A stretch of 64,000 bases of DNA, taken from assembly GCF_001194135.2 (NCBI RefSeq), contig NC_068983.1:105388036-105452035 (forward strand). Reading direction: 5' to 3'. Source of the stretch: Octopus bimaculoides. Its lineage: Eukaryota. Made by a program: the position numbers and the translations under genes. Positions 1 to 12,456 of this stretch are shown here, in pieces. The notes below the pieces were generated by a model that had not been told where the DNA came from, searched no databases, and saw only the letters and a program-made list of their open reading frames with translations. Position 1 is the stretch's first letter. Every line of letters begins with the position of its first letter.

Positions 1-160
1 ATATATATATATATATATATATATATAGTTTATGTGTGTGTATATATATATATATATACACACACATTACACACACGCACGCACACACACACACACATAC
101 ATATAATACACACATTGTGCGCGCGCGCACATACACATGCACACACACACACACAAACAT
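1..160. repeat. (TA)n/(CA)n/(GC)n compound microsatellite; similar tracts at 721-784, 15775-16055, 16960-16985, 19520-20010, 32860-32970, 52240-52340 and flanking most N-gaps
   Basis: Directly visible. Confidence 0.95.
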
Positions 161-517
161 AGAGTAATAAGAGTAATTAAGCCGGTTGGAATGAACGATG
201 TTTCTTGTTTTCCTTCGTTCTCTCGAATTACACCATATATTTCTCCTGGGAGAAGAGTGACAGACGCTAAAGAAATACCAATCCTGAATTAGAACCCCGC
301 CCCACTGATAGAATGATGCCTTTGTCAGCCTCTCAGTTCTAGCTCATTAAACCATGATACCCTATCAGAAGTATGCAAGAAGGATATTGAAATGTTTCGA
401 TTTCAATATCGCCTTCCAGTCTATCTGTCAACATATTTATTTGTTTGTGTATATGTAAACACACACACACGCACATATATATACTTTATTATTAAGACTG
501 CAAAAGCATTACAAAAG

Positions 518-559
518 AACTGTGACTCAGAGTTTTGCGTTCCCGTTCGTCGGGCAGTT
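518..559 (-). ncRNA. Hammerhead-ribozyme-like motif (variant core CCGACGA), left arm
   Basis: Minus strand AACUGC-CCGACGA-ACG GGAA CGC-AAAAC-UCUGAGUC^ACAGUU: stem I AACUG/CAGUU, palindromic stem III ACUC-U-GAGU, GUC triplet; G12 mutated to A. Confidence 0.5.
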
Positions 560-574
560 GTGATTCTGAATCAC

Positions 575-616
575 AGCTGTCCGACGAAGAGAACATGAAA
601 CCTCTGAGTAGCAATT
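575..616 (+). ncRNA. Hammerhead-ribozyme-like motif (variant core CCGACGA), right arm
   Basis: AGCUGU-CCGACGA-AGAGAACAU-GAAAC-CUCUGAGUA^GCAAUU; GAAAC intact, stem II eroded, one extra C in stem III. Confidence 0.4.
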
Positions 617-727
617 CTTTTGTGATGTTTTCGCAGTTTTAATAATAAAATATATTGCTCTACCTCCGGTATTCGAGTACTATTTTTCCCACCTTGTTTT
701 ACATTTATGTGCTTACTCTAGTGTGTG

Positions 728-784
<57 letters not shown>

Positions 785-1885
785 NNNNNNNNNNNNNNNN
801 NNNNNNNNNNNNNNNNNNNNNNNNNNNNNNNNNNNNNNNNNNNNNNNNNNNNNNNNNNNNNNNNNNNNNNNNNNNNNNNNNNNNNNNNNNNNNNNNNNNN
901 NNNNNNNNNNNNNNNNNNNNNNNNNNNNNNNNNNNNNNNNNNNNNNNNNNNNNNNNNNNNNNNNNNNNNNNNNNNNNNNNNNNNNNNNNNNNNNNNNNNN
1001 NNNNNNNNNNNNNNNNNNNNNNNNNNNNNNNNNNNNNNNNNNNNNNNNNNNNNNNNNNNNNNNNNNNNNNNNNNNNNNNNNNNNNNNNNNNNNNNNNNNN
1101 NNNNNNNNNNNNNNNNNNNNNNNNNNNNNNNNNNNNNNNNNNNNNNNNNNNNNNNNNNNNNNNNNNNNNNNNNNNNNNNNNNNNNNNNNNNNNNNNNNNN
1201 NNNNNNNNNNNNNNNNNNNNNNNNNNNNNNNNNNNNNNNNNNNNNNNNNNNNNNNNNNNNNNNNNNNNNNNNNNNNNNNNNNNNNNNNNNNNNNNNNNNN
1301 NNNNNNNNNNNNNNNNNNNNNNNNNNNNNNNNNNNNNNNNNNNNNNNNNNNNNNNNNNNNNNNNNNNNNNNNNNNNNNNNNNNNNNNNNNNNNNNNNNNN
1401 NNNNNNNNNNNNNNNNNNNNNNNNNNNNNNNNNNNNNNNNNNNNNNNNNNNNNNNNNNNNNNNNNNNNNNNNNNNNNNNNNNNNNNNNNNNNNNNNNNNN
1501 NNNNNNNNNNNNNNNNNNNNNNNNNNNNNNNNNNNNNNNNNNNNNNNNNNNNNNNNNNNNNNNNNNNNNNNNNNNNNNNNNNNNNNNNNNNNNNNNNNNN
1601 NNNNNNNNNNNNNNNNNNNNNNNNNNNNNNNNNNNNNNNNNNNNNNNNNNNNNNNNNNNNNNNNNNNNNNNNNNNNNNNNNNNNNNNNNNNNNNNNNNNN
1701 NNNNNNNNNNNNNNNNNNNNNNNNNNNNNNNNNNNNNNNNNTTTGGCGCGCTAATTCCGGAAATATCTCTGCAGAAAATGGTTACTGCGTAGCATATATC
1801 CAATTTGAGAACTTGGTTATGGTTAATCAAATTAAAACATAGGGTAAAAAATCAGATATTAATTAATATCGATTTATTACACGTA

Positions 1886-1950
1886 TAGTAATCCCTCACC
1901 ATATCGCGGTGGTGGTGGAAAGTAACTCCTGCGATAGTCGGGGATTACTG
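1886..1950. mobile_element. Tiny pogo/Tigger-like MITE remnant
   Basis: Terminal inverted repeats (t/c)AGTAATCCC...TATCGC / GCGATA...GGGATTACTG, preceded by TA; forms a 65-nt hairpin. Confidence 0.55.
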
Positions 1951-1952
1951 TG

Positions 1953-1953
<1 letters not shown>

Positions 1954-1997
<44 letters not shown>

Positions 1998-2020
1998 GTG
2001 TGTGTGTGTGTGTGTGTGTG
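1954..2020. repeat. (TAGA)n + (TG)n compound microsatellite
   Basis: Directly visible; target of the mariner insertion at 2025. Confidence 0.95.
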
Positions 2021-2024
2021 TATA

Positions 2025-2590
2025 CAGGGTGCGGTGAATAAACTATCGTCTAAATTACGCAAAAATGAAAATAACACTAACATCTTATTTTAACAGATGT
2101 ATTTACCAAAATGACATAAAAATATCTTGAAGTACTAAAGAGTAATTTTTTTCAATAAAATCGCTAACGGCTTCAACCACGGCCTCCAGACGACTTCAGA
2201 ATTTCTTGCAACTCTTCCGGGTGATCTCTTTGTTAAAGTTGGTGAATGCTGTCATAATCCTTGCCTTCAGTTCATCTTTGGTGTTACAAGGAATTTTGTT
2301 GGTCTCTCGCTCAACTGCGCCCCACACATAATAATCAAGTGGATTGCAGTCAGGGGAGTTAGGTGGCCAGATGTTCGGGGTGATGTGGTCGCAGAAATTG
2401 TCTGACAGCCATGACTAGCTTCTCCTGCTTGTGTGGCATGATGCAGAGTCCTGTTACCAGACATAGAGTCTTCCAGCAGCCACCCTCTTGACTCAGGGCA
2501 GCACTACCTCCTCCAGGCACTTGAAGTAGATCTCCGTGTTGAGTGTGAAGCCGTGTTGTTGACTGGATGTTCGACTTTATCACTCTCGGT
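2025..2590 (-). mobile_element. Tc1/mariner DD37D (maT-type) transposon, 3' fragment
   Basis: TA|CAGGGTGCGG terminus; minus-strand translation QDSASCHTSRRS*SWLSDNFCDHITPNIWPPNSPDCNPLDYYVWGAVERE with 37 residues between the 2nd and 3rd catalytic Asp; in-frame stops. Confidence 0.88.
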
Positions 2591-2664
2591 ACATGTCCTC
2601 AGGTTGCACAGTCCCCAGATTAGCACCCAAACACTCTGAAATGTTCGTATTGGAGCTTCCGGTT

Positions 2665-2741
2665 AATGCATGATTAATTGAAAGCAGTACGAATAAATAA
2701 GCAATACATTTAACAGAGTAATCTGAATGTTAAAGGGTTAA
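2665..2741 (+). mobile_element. piggyBac-type MITE right-end fragment
   Basis: aataaataagcaatacatttaacagagtaatctgaatgttaaaggg|ttaa matches the family right end. Confidence 0.65.
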
Positions 2742-3499
2742 CTACATAGTGCACAAGTCATGATTTCACATGTCTTCACTGGCGTTGAACTACCTGGTTG
2801 CGAGTCACGGTGTTGACTCTTTCCTATCTTTCCTTGACAGCAACAGAAGATATGAGAGGAGGGATAGAGAGACAGAGAAAGAGAAAGAGAGGAGGGAGAG
2901 GTGGAAGAGAGAAAATTGGATGTAGATTAAGCACTGAATATAATCAAATATCTTCGGAGTTATTAACACACTGACAATGACCAGAGTCACGCTCCACTAT
3001 ATTCTATTTTCACTTAATTTCAAATTTCTAATTAATTTTAAATGATAGATTCGCAGAATCGTTAGAGCGTCGGGTAAAATGCTGTCCAGCATTTTTCCAA
3101 CTCCTTACTTTTTGAGTTCAAACAAATCTTTCATACTCTGGAGGTTGGTAAAATACTGGGGGCCAATGGAAACGACTTGACCCCTGCCTCGAAAACAGCT
3201 GGTCTTCAGCCTATATTAGGAACAATTTTAAATCCTACGTTTTCTCCCCTGCCGCTCACTGTATTAATTATAACACCTCCCACTTAATCTTTATTTGCTT
3301 CAGTCATTTAACTACGGCCATGTTAGGGCTCACAGTGATGATTATAGCCAACCAAATTGCTCCCAATACTTCTTTTTAAAAATCTGGTATTCATTCTATC
3401 GGACTCTTTTTCCGAACCGCTAAGTTACATCAACTGTTGTGGGTGGGGGGGACAAACAAACACAAATACAAAATACATAAGTACATATATCATTTACCA

Positions 3500-3875
3500 T
3501 TTACTTGTTTCAGTCATTTGACTGCGGCCATGCCGGGGCACCGCCTTGAAGGGTTTTAGTCGAACAAATCGACCCCAGGACTTATTTTTTTACGCCTAGT
3601 ACTTATTCTATCGATGTTCTTTGCCGAACTGCAATGTTACGGGGACTAAACACACCAACACCTGTTATTAAGCGGTGGTGAGGGACAAACACAGACACGG
3701 AGACAACACACACACAGATATATACATATATAAATATACGACGGGCTTCTTTCAGTTTCCATCAGCCAAATCCACTCACAAGGCTTTGGTCGGCCCGAGG
3801 CTATAGTAGAAGACGCTTGCCCAAGGGGGCACACAGTGGGATTGAACCTGGAACCACACAGCCACGACTGCGCCT
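3500..3875 (-). mobile_element. tRNA-derived SINE (cephalopod family with gcaagtgtcttctactatagcctcgg core)
   Basis: Recurs at ~5690-5840, 17659-17850, 32975-33350, 34180-34500, 35150-35330, 36335-36460, 45030-45180, 51110-51240, 53760-53905; tRNA-like head gtggctgtgtggt...ggttc. Confidence 0.8.
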
Positions 3876-3906
3876 ACATACTCGCACACACACACACACA
3901 CATATA

Positions 3907-5149
3907 TAGGGTGCGTAAGATATTTGAGGACAGATTTATGTTTATAAGAAAAAACAGATATATAATAACATAATAACTTTACGTAGCAAAAAATGCAATG
4001 AGGATAAAAATAAACCTTCTTTTCTATAATGTTATTCAATAAAGCCACCTTCAGCTACAATAACTACTTCTATATGAGATCTAAATCATCTACATGCTCG
4101 ATTCAAGTGATCCTGGTTCGTTTTGAACATTACTCTGACTATGGCAGCTTTCATAGAATCTTTGGTATAATGAGCGTGTTGAACTCTCTCTCGACAACGC
4201 TCCACATGTGACAGTCCAATGGATTGAGACCTGGGGAATTAGGATGCCAAATGTTAGGAGTTATGTGATGATAAAAATTTTCAGCCATTCATTTCTGTGT
4301 TATTAGAGCCATGTGTGATAGTGCAGAGTCTTACTGAAACATATATGGCCTTCTATTGCATACACTGTCTATCCAGGGATTAACAATTATTTCCCGTACC
4401 TCAATGTAGGCAGCAGAGTTAACTCTAAGGTCTTGTGGAAAGAAGTAAGGAGGCATCACATGTCCTTCATTGCTGATAACACCTTAAATCATGACAGTTG
4501 CAGAAAATTTTGTATGCATAACACTTGGAACTTCAGAAGGGTCTACACATAACCATCTGTTAAATCTTCTGTTAAATTTTGATCTTGGTCGAAGTTTTTC
4601 TCGTTTGAGAAAAACCAAATCAAATCTTCTTCTGCTGGATTTTTCAGTTTATTTAAGAGCCTTAGTGATTTTCTTCTGCTTTTTCGGGCAAATTGACCTT
4701 TCCTCATCATATAAGACTTATATCTGATGTCTTCGTGGATAACATTTCTGACTGTCCCTTCTGATACATGGAGATCTTTTGTAATTGACCTCATGAACTT
4801 TCTGGGATTGTATTCAATGGTCTGTTGAACTTGCTGGATAAATTCAGGTGTTCTGATGATTCCAGAGCGTTTAGAATGCTTTTTATGCTGATACTGGTGA
4901 TACATTTTCATCTTCAGTCTCTAGCTCCTTACAAACTTTGTAGACGAAAGATCTGCCAACTTTTAAAACTTGAGATATTTCTAAATCACTATGCTCAGCC
5001 TTTACAACCACAATAACAACATGCTTCTTCATTTCTTGAGTAAGCTGAGGGTCTGTCATTATTATTTTCTGAAACAAAGATTATACAGAGTTAGCAAAAA
5101 ATGCAGCAATGAGCCAAAATAGGTGTCCTCAAATACCTTACACACCCGG
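3907..5149 (-). mobile_element. Near full-length decayed Tc1/mariner (DD37D/maT-like) transposon
   Basis: About 26-bp TIRs GGGTG(C/T)GTAAG(A/G)TATTTGAGGACA at both ends with TA target duplications (3905-3906, 5150-5151); frameshifted transposase pieces (ORFs 4883-5077, 4543-4911: HTH, LIWFFSNEKNF; then WHPNSPGLNPLD). Confidence 0.9.
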
Positions 5150-8100
5150 TATATATATATATATACATATATGGCCATGATTGATCGCTAGCCGTTAAAN
5201 NNNNNNNNNNNNNNNNNNNNNNNNNNNNNNNNNNNNNNNNNNNNNNNNNNNNNNNNNNNNNNNNNNNNNNNNNNNNNNNNNNNNNNNNNNNNNNNNNNNN
5301 NNNNNNNNNNNNNNNNNNNNNNNNNNNNNNNNNNNNNNNNNNNNNNNNNNNNNNNNNNNNNNNNNNNNNNNNNNNNNNNNNNNNNNNNNNNNNNNNNNNN
5401 NNNNNNNNNNNNNNNNNNNNNNNNNNNNNNNNNNNNNNNNNNNNNNNNNNNNNNNNNNNNNNNNNNNNNNNNNNNNNNNNNNNNNNNNNNNNNNNNNNNN
5501 NNNNNNNNNNNNNNNNNNNNNNNNNNNNNNNNNNNNNNNNNNNNNNNNNNNNNNNNNNNNNNNNNNNNNNNNNNNNNNNNNNNNNNNNNNNNNNNNNNNN
5601 NNNNNNNNNNNNNNNNNNNNNNNNNNNNNNNNNNNNNNNNNNNNNNTATATATATTTATTCCAACTACATATATATAATATGAAGGATATCCACGCAGTT
5701 TCCGTCCGCCAAATTCATTCACAAGGTATTGGTGGTCCCGGTGCTATAGAAGACACTTGCTTAAGATGCCGAGTAGTGGAAACGAATCCAGAACCACGTG
5801 GCTGCAAAGCGAGCTTCTCAACCGCACATCCACGCCTACGCCGTTTTATTTATTTTTTTTTTTTTCCATGCAGCAGACTTCCTTGTATAGTGTCTTCTGT
5901 CATCAACTACAATGCCACTTAGTGTTTATTCACTAAAATGCGGTATACTTCTCAAGTCATTCTAAGATTTTGTTGTGGTTAAACTGTTTCACTGATGAAC
6001 TCTAATAAGACTGAAATGTGTCCTGCTTTTTCACTCTACTGCGAAAGGTATATTTCAATGTTCTCTGTATTCCTTTTTAAATTTTTTTCTTATACCGGTG
6101 TTATCTATCCTGACTATTGATTTTTTTTTACCCCTCATCACTCCAAAAGTAATCTTTACCTATTAAAATACTTGACTTATACATCAAGTTTGCTAGCACC
6201 TACTTAATGTTTCAAAATTAGATACAAGGTCGGCAGTTTTGAAGGGAGAGATAAGTCAATATCATCGAACCAAATATTTGACAGGTACTTTACTTTATCG
6301 ACCTCGAAAGAATTTGAATTCAGAACGTAAAGAACCAGAAGAAATACCATAAGGTATTTGGTCCGACGCTCTAAAGATTCTGTCAAGCCACTGACTACCC
6401 TTCCTATTTAATAATGGTTGTGATTATGATAACTGTTAAACTCGCGACAATTTCAATACCTAGAATTTAAACTTCACCTAACATAGTTAAGGTTCGCTGG
6501 AAATGCATTAACACCACAGTTTCTGTGTATTTCTCCTCCATTTCTTGAAAATGGCACGTTAATTATTCATTGATAAATACTGCTGATCAACAAACTCTCA
6601 TGTCAGCATACAACATCGTTATGCGAGCATAACAGTGAAGGTAAACTATCAGATGTGTTTCTTCTAATTGTACTTCAATAGCTTCAGGAAAAGAAAGTTT
6701 TGCCAGGTTGATTTATATTCAACACCCTAAAGGATGCACAAAACCTTTGATGGTCACCCAAAACCTGTTATAGTTAACTGGATGTTTTCTTGCTTCTTTC
6801 GGTTCCGCCTCTCAGTTGTTACATTTACTTTTTTTTTCTTTTTAATAATACAGTAAACTTCCCAATTAATGGTCCATCGGAGATTTGAGATGCCAATCTG
6901 GTGAATGTCTCGTAGCCTAGGTTTTCTTTTAATGCATTTATTGCAATAAATAAGAAATAGAAATGTAATAATTCGTTATGTACGACAGAAGCCGTATTAG
7001 TTTGAAATAACAATCTATGTATCATACTTAAACCAAATACATTTTTTAAGAAACCTAATTAACGGTAGTATTCGTCCTAACAGCAGATTTTGTACAAGAT
7101 CAAATGGGGAATGGAACAGTTGATTTTAATATCAGTACTTGACTGGTGCTTTATTTTATCAACACCAGAGGGATGAAAGGCAAAGCTGACCTCAGAATAT
7201 AAAAAGCCAGAACAAACATGGCAAGGCATTTTCCCCGACGTTCAAACTGTCCTTCCCCTAAAAAATAATTTCCTTTAACAATGGACAAGACTAGTTTTAG
7301 GCACCTAGTCAATTGAATTATGGCCATAATGTTAGCTATTTTCAATAACATCAACAAACTGGATGTAAATAATAAAAAATAATTCAACTTTAACTGCAAA
7401 TAAGTATGCAATTTTCTTTATTCAATAACTTGAGTATATCAAAATAAAAAAAAACAAAGTGTTGTTTATTGTTATATATTTGTTGGAAGGGTGCCATGGT
7501 AGAATAATAATTTTAATCAATAAATAACAAGATTAAAAATCAACATACACAATAGCAATAATCATAAATATCGCATTTATTATTAATGTAATATTTTTTT
7601 AAAGAATAAGAATAACCAGAGCTGAGAAGATAAAAGGAAAACAAAAATCAGTCAGGACAAACCAGAGAATGTTTGTTGAAATCTTCCACCTCTCCACTAA
7701 GTAATACTTACACTGGCAGAAAACCACAAACTTTTTAGGGGAGAGGTATAAACGATTAAATCATATCCTAGTATGTTACTGGTACATTATTTACCAATCT
7801 TGCTGCTCCAGCAGATTTAAACTCAGAATGTAAAGAACAAATTATACACCTCAAGATATTTTGCCTAGTTCTCTAGCAAGTATGCCAGCAATCAGCTTTT
7901 CTTGCCATATATTAAATATATAAGGCCGGAAACATTACTGTGTGTATGCATGCAGCATTTTGGGATATTGGTCCTCTAATATGAAGAATGTAACTGGTCT
8001 CTGGCAAATAATTTGTAAAATTGGTTCAAAACTTGGAATATCAGCAAGTTATTTCACAAGATGTTCATTTACCAAGGAAGGAATGGTTTGCAAAGTTTAC

Positions 8101-10824
8101 ACTTTTATTTAAATTTTAAACAAAAGCAAGAAAAAAAATATATTTATACATGAATTCCATGTAGTTAAGGCAAGATTCAGCAATAGATGCAGAAAACAAT
8201 CCATATTTTGGATAATTGTCTAAAATCATTAAAAAAAATTGTTCAAATATTACAAATAATAGTAATAAAAACTGAAAAAAAATTAAGGTAAAAATCACCT
8301 TATATTCATCATGTTATTACTATTATTATTAGCAGTAATTTCTCCATTGTACCTCTTCTCAAAAGCAAAATATAAAAGAGTATTTTTATTATCATTTTAA
8401 CAAGAGGCATTCAGTAATTAAAATCTATTTCAACTCTTACTGAGGCCTTGCTAATAGGCATTGTTAATAAGGTTATTATTTTTCAAACTATTGACCTTAT
8501 ACTTAAAGATGAAACATTTCATTTTTTAATAATCTACATCCACACCATGTTTTGATTGGTTTCATCTCTGATCATCATTGGATGCTTTATTCATGTATCT
8601 CATTGCCTTATGAGGATTAAAATCAAACTAAATCAAAACAGATGTATCTATTTTTAAAAAGCATTCATCTCTACAGAAAAGGTTATTAGTGTGAAAAATT
8701 ACAACCTCAAAACAGACATAGATGGGGAACAGTGGCAATATTTATAGATTTGCATGAAAATGTGTTCAACATAGAAACACATTTACAATATCACAAAGCA
8801 AAGCTTGTTGCAAACAAAAAAGAAGTCATCTAGTCATAGACAATTTTCTTGTTCAATGTTATGATGACTTAGTTTTATTGAGCTTAAAGAAAATCTCAAA
8901 TTTCCTTTATATCTTCCTTGCTATGTAAGATACTGTAACATCAACACTCAATCTTTGACCGCTAAATATTGATAGTCAATGAATAGCAGTAGTAATATCT
9001 AAATAATGGAATATCCTTAACTTAAAGTAATAGATAAATAGATATTCTAGTTAGAAATTTTATGATGGGACATCAAATGAACATTACATAAATATTCAGT
9101 AAGAGATTTTCACTGTGAAACAAGATGAACATGCAACTGTCAGTAACCTATTAATTAAAAGAGCTACATCAGCTTAAGGCCTTATGAATTAAAACAACAA
9201 ATTACTTTGAAATAAAAAATAAAATTAGTCTTGGTTTCTTGAAATTAACAAAAATAAAATTCTGCTTATAGCTTACAAAACCTTGTATTAATAAATTCAG
9301 CTTCAATAGCACTTTAAAACAGAAAATTTGTGTTATTATGTCAGGTTTTGTGGCTAGTATAGGGCCAATATTAGTTGTAGAAAAATCTACAATAGATTTA
9401 AATCAATCGTACTGAGAATTTTAACTTCCAAGCAAACCAGAATGTCTCCGAAAGCATTCCATCTCTCCTTTTTAATTTCTCGAAAAATTAATAATAAACA
9501 ACTGAAATTCTTGATTTGGACTTCAATAATTTGTTTATAGTAATACTGGAAAAAACATCCAGCTGGGAAACTGCAATATACATCATGATTTTTACCAAAT
9601 AAGAATTTTATTTCACATGGAGCCACTCGGCAAAAGGAAGCTTAAGTGTTAAGGCTCTCAGAGGGAGAATAAATTGAGAGTACATTTAAATAAAAGTTTA
9701 TAATAGTGCCCAAAGTAACCAGTATTTCTTGAAAATTGATGGTAGAGCGTTTAATATTTCAAGAAGAAAAAAAAAACAAGAACCAGATAAACATTACCAT
9801 GTTAGGAAGAAAAGAAAACCATTTTGTACAATCCGAGACAATATTTTAAAAAGGAACAGATTAATAATAATAAAGAACCCTAATAACAGACTTTCTATGT
9901 GTGACATTCAAGTCGTTTATATTTCTTTTACATTTGGTAGAAGGCCATCATTGCCTGCCTAGTTAAAATAGCTGTATACAGACACGTTAAAAGATTAATA
10001 AACAGATCACAGATTTTCAACAGACACTCACATACCTAATATTCATAATTTTTTTTTTTTAAATAAGCATATTTGTGGTTCACATTAATATTAAAAAGGG
10101 ATTTTTATCATTTTTAATTTCATAAATTTTGTAAAATTGATATATAAATATTTTCTCACTAATAAAGTTTTCTTTTGACTAGGCACAAAATCATTTTTTG
10201 ATTGGACAGAATTTAGTGTGTTACAGGCCCTTAATTTATCAAAACCAAATCAACCCCAGCTGGATTTGAGATTAAAATACTAACCCATTGTTTAACCATT
10301 TTTCCTAACTTATTACATACTTTACACTAACAACAGTTCTTCACATTTTGTAGGGAAGGGGTATATTTGATTGAAACAGCATTGATCAGTTTTGATTTGG
10401 ATGGAAATTAGCATTTTTATTTTATTAAATGTTATCACTTGTGAAATCTAACACCATAATACAAAATAGTATAAAGAACTTTCACAGCTTCAAAAGGTGA
10501 ACGTGATTGTGACCTTTGAGTGGCAGACTTTTAAGTCACACATGTCCATTACTTTGTTATATCTGCAGTCGTGTTGTGTTGTCTGTTTGCCTAACTTTCA
10601 ATTATAATACAATATAAAATGTTCCAAGGTTAAGAAGATAATCCGTCATTATACTGTAACAGAAGAGCTGAAATGGATCTGTATAAGAATCATAGAAAAG
10701 AAAGGTGTATAAAAGAAAGTGAATGTATATTTGGAGGAACTGAGAAGAAAGAGAAAATATGAAATGAAACAAGAGTTGGAAGAATGATATAAGAAGTAGG
10801 ATCTGAGAAGAGAAGAGAAGGAAA

Positions 10825-10851
10825 TGAAAGAAAGAAAGAAAGAAAGAAAAA

Positions 10852-10907
<56 letters not shown>

Positions 10908-11055
10908 AAAGAAAGAAAGAAAGAAAGAAAGAAAGAAAAGAAAGAAAGAAAGAAAGAAAGAGAAAGAACAGATTGAGAAGGAGGGAGAAAGAAAAGATTG
11001 AGAAAGAGGGAGAAAGAAAGAAAAGATTGGGAGAGAGAGAGAGAGAGAGAGAGAG
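10825..11055. repeat. (GAAA)n and (GA)n microsatellite block
   Basis: Directly visible; source of the F/L/S-rich ORFs 10602-11105. Confidence 0.95.
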
Positions 11056-12410
11056 AACCATTGAGAAAAGAAAAGTGAATGTAAGAGTTCACTTGTAACT
11101 CTCAAACAGTTATTTTCTCCAACAATTAGTAAATATCACAAACTACTGTAAAACAAATTCAAACTGACAAAAATGAAAACAGCTACTTTTCTTTTCTTCA
11201 AGATTATAAATATGGTATTCTTTTTAACCAAATGTAAATATGGTCTGAATATAGACAATTGTATTTCTAAGAAAGGGGAGAGAAAAAATTAGATAAAAGA
11301 ATTTGAACTACTATTTGTCAGCTTGTCTAACTGTCACTTTCAGTTGATATCAACTTGATATATATATAAAGACAAAACAAAACAATAAATTAAGACAGAT
11401 TTCAATGAAATTAGGAGTAAATTTAATCTTGAAACTTATCAAGAATTTGTTTCTTAAAAAAGAAAACAGAAAAGGTGAAAAAATACAGCAGATGAAAGAA
11501 ACTAGTATAAAAATTTTTTTTTTTTAAACTCTAAGTAAGATTTAATTTAGAACGAGCATGTAAGGAAATAATTGGAAACAAACAAAAAAAAATGGGAAGC
11601 AAACAAAGCAATGTAGCATCTGTGTAGAATTTAACATTAGAAAAAAAAAATAATATTGTCTGGAAAGTTATTTTTACAACTGTCATAGATGAATGAAATG
11701 TGTGTAATCTCCTCAAAACTAGATCATTTTACTTCATCTCAAGTAAACTTCCTTAAATTGCTTAGGATTCTTTTCAGTTTAATGAAGATGAATAACTATA
11801 TTAAGATATGAGGTTTTAGTTATTCCTTGGGTGTTACAACACATTGTGTCAGTGTGCATGTGTGTGTGTGTATGCATGTACATGCCTGTGAAGGAAGATA
11901 TTAATACCATATTACTAGTTTAAAATTGCCCCATGTATTATCAGAGCCACCAGTCTTCAGTGATAATGTGACTGAAGTGTAATATTTAACTACTTATGTA
12001 CACAGACATGCAAACAAAATTATATAGATGTGATACGTATTTGCTAGGAGAGCAGGCAGTGCCCATAACACTTTTGTAGAGCCTCCATGACTAATAGGAA
12101 GGACGGAAGAAGATATCCTTGAACAGGAGACCTGTTCAAAATGCCAGGTCTCTTCTTTCTACTATAGGCACAAAGCCTGAAATCTGTTGGGAGGGGGGCT
12201 CGTCGATCACATTAACCCCAGTGCTTAACGGGTACTATTTCATCAACCCTAAAAGAATTAATGTCAAAAGTTGACCTTGGCAACATCTGAACTCAAAACA
12301 TAAAGCCAGGAGAAATGTTGCTAAGCATTCTGTCCAGCACAGTAACAATTCTGCTAGCTCACTACCTCATTATTTATATTTGACGGATATTTGTCATCTT
12401 GTTTGTTGTT

Positions 12411-12456
12411 AGCACAATGTTTCGGCTGATATACCCTCCAGCCTTCATCAGGTGCC
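12411..12456 (-). ncRNA. Minimal type-I hammerhead ribozyme motif, left arm
   Basis: GGCAC-CUGAUGA-A-GGCUGG AGGGUAUA UCAGCC-GAAAC-AUU^GUGCU: canonical core, 6-bp stem II, stem I GGCAC/GUGCU, minimal stem III (ACAU, expected palindrome ACGU). Confidence 0.7.

Larger units (their letters stand above)
481..720. mobile_element. Fold-back (inverted-arm) insertion, probably the terminus of a Penelope-like element, with hammerhead-like cores
   Basis: 481-566 pairs with 568-653 almost throughout (about 85-bp arms, centre GATTC-T-GAATC); the right arm runs on unpaired to ~720; flanked by (CA)/(TA) and (TG)/(TA) microsatellites. Confidence 0.65.

Noticed and set aside
379-416. Small hairpin GAAGG-ATATTGAAAT/ATTTCAATAT-CG-CCTTC
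   Set aside because: AT-rich, short, and no supporting context.
526-608. Core of the first fold-back as a miR-2-family precursor (3' arm AAUCACAGCUG has seed AUCACAG)
   Set aside because: Loop is only 1-5 nt, pairing extends to ~85 bp, the rest of the arm does not resemble miR-2, and a hammerhead/PLE terminus explains the sequence better.
655-1842. Long ORFs spanning N-runs (also 16853-17793, 18242-19001, 19350-20140, 21004-21403, 35450-36454)
   Set aside because: Artefacts of assembly gaps and (TA)n repeats translated as X/YI.
5992-6022. CTGATGA...GAAA spaced like a hammerhead core
   Set aside because: Stem II is weak and no stem I pairing can be built; at best a dead relic.
9387-9626. 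79-aa minus-strand ORF in unique sequence
   Set aside because: No recognisable homology or splice context; length compatible with chance.
10602-11105. 167-aa F/L/S-rich ORF resembling a membrane protein
   Set aside because: Translation of a (TTTC)n/(TC)n microsatellite.
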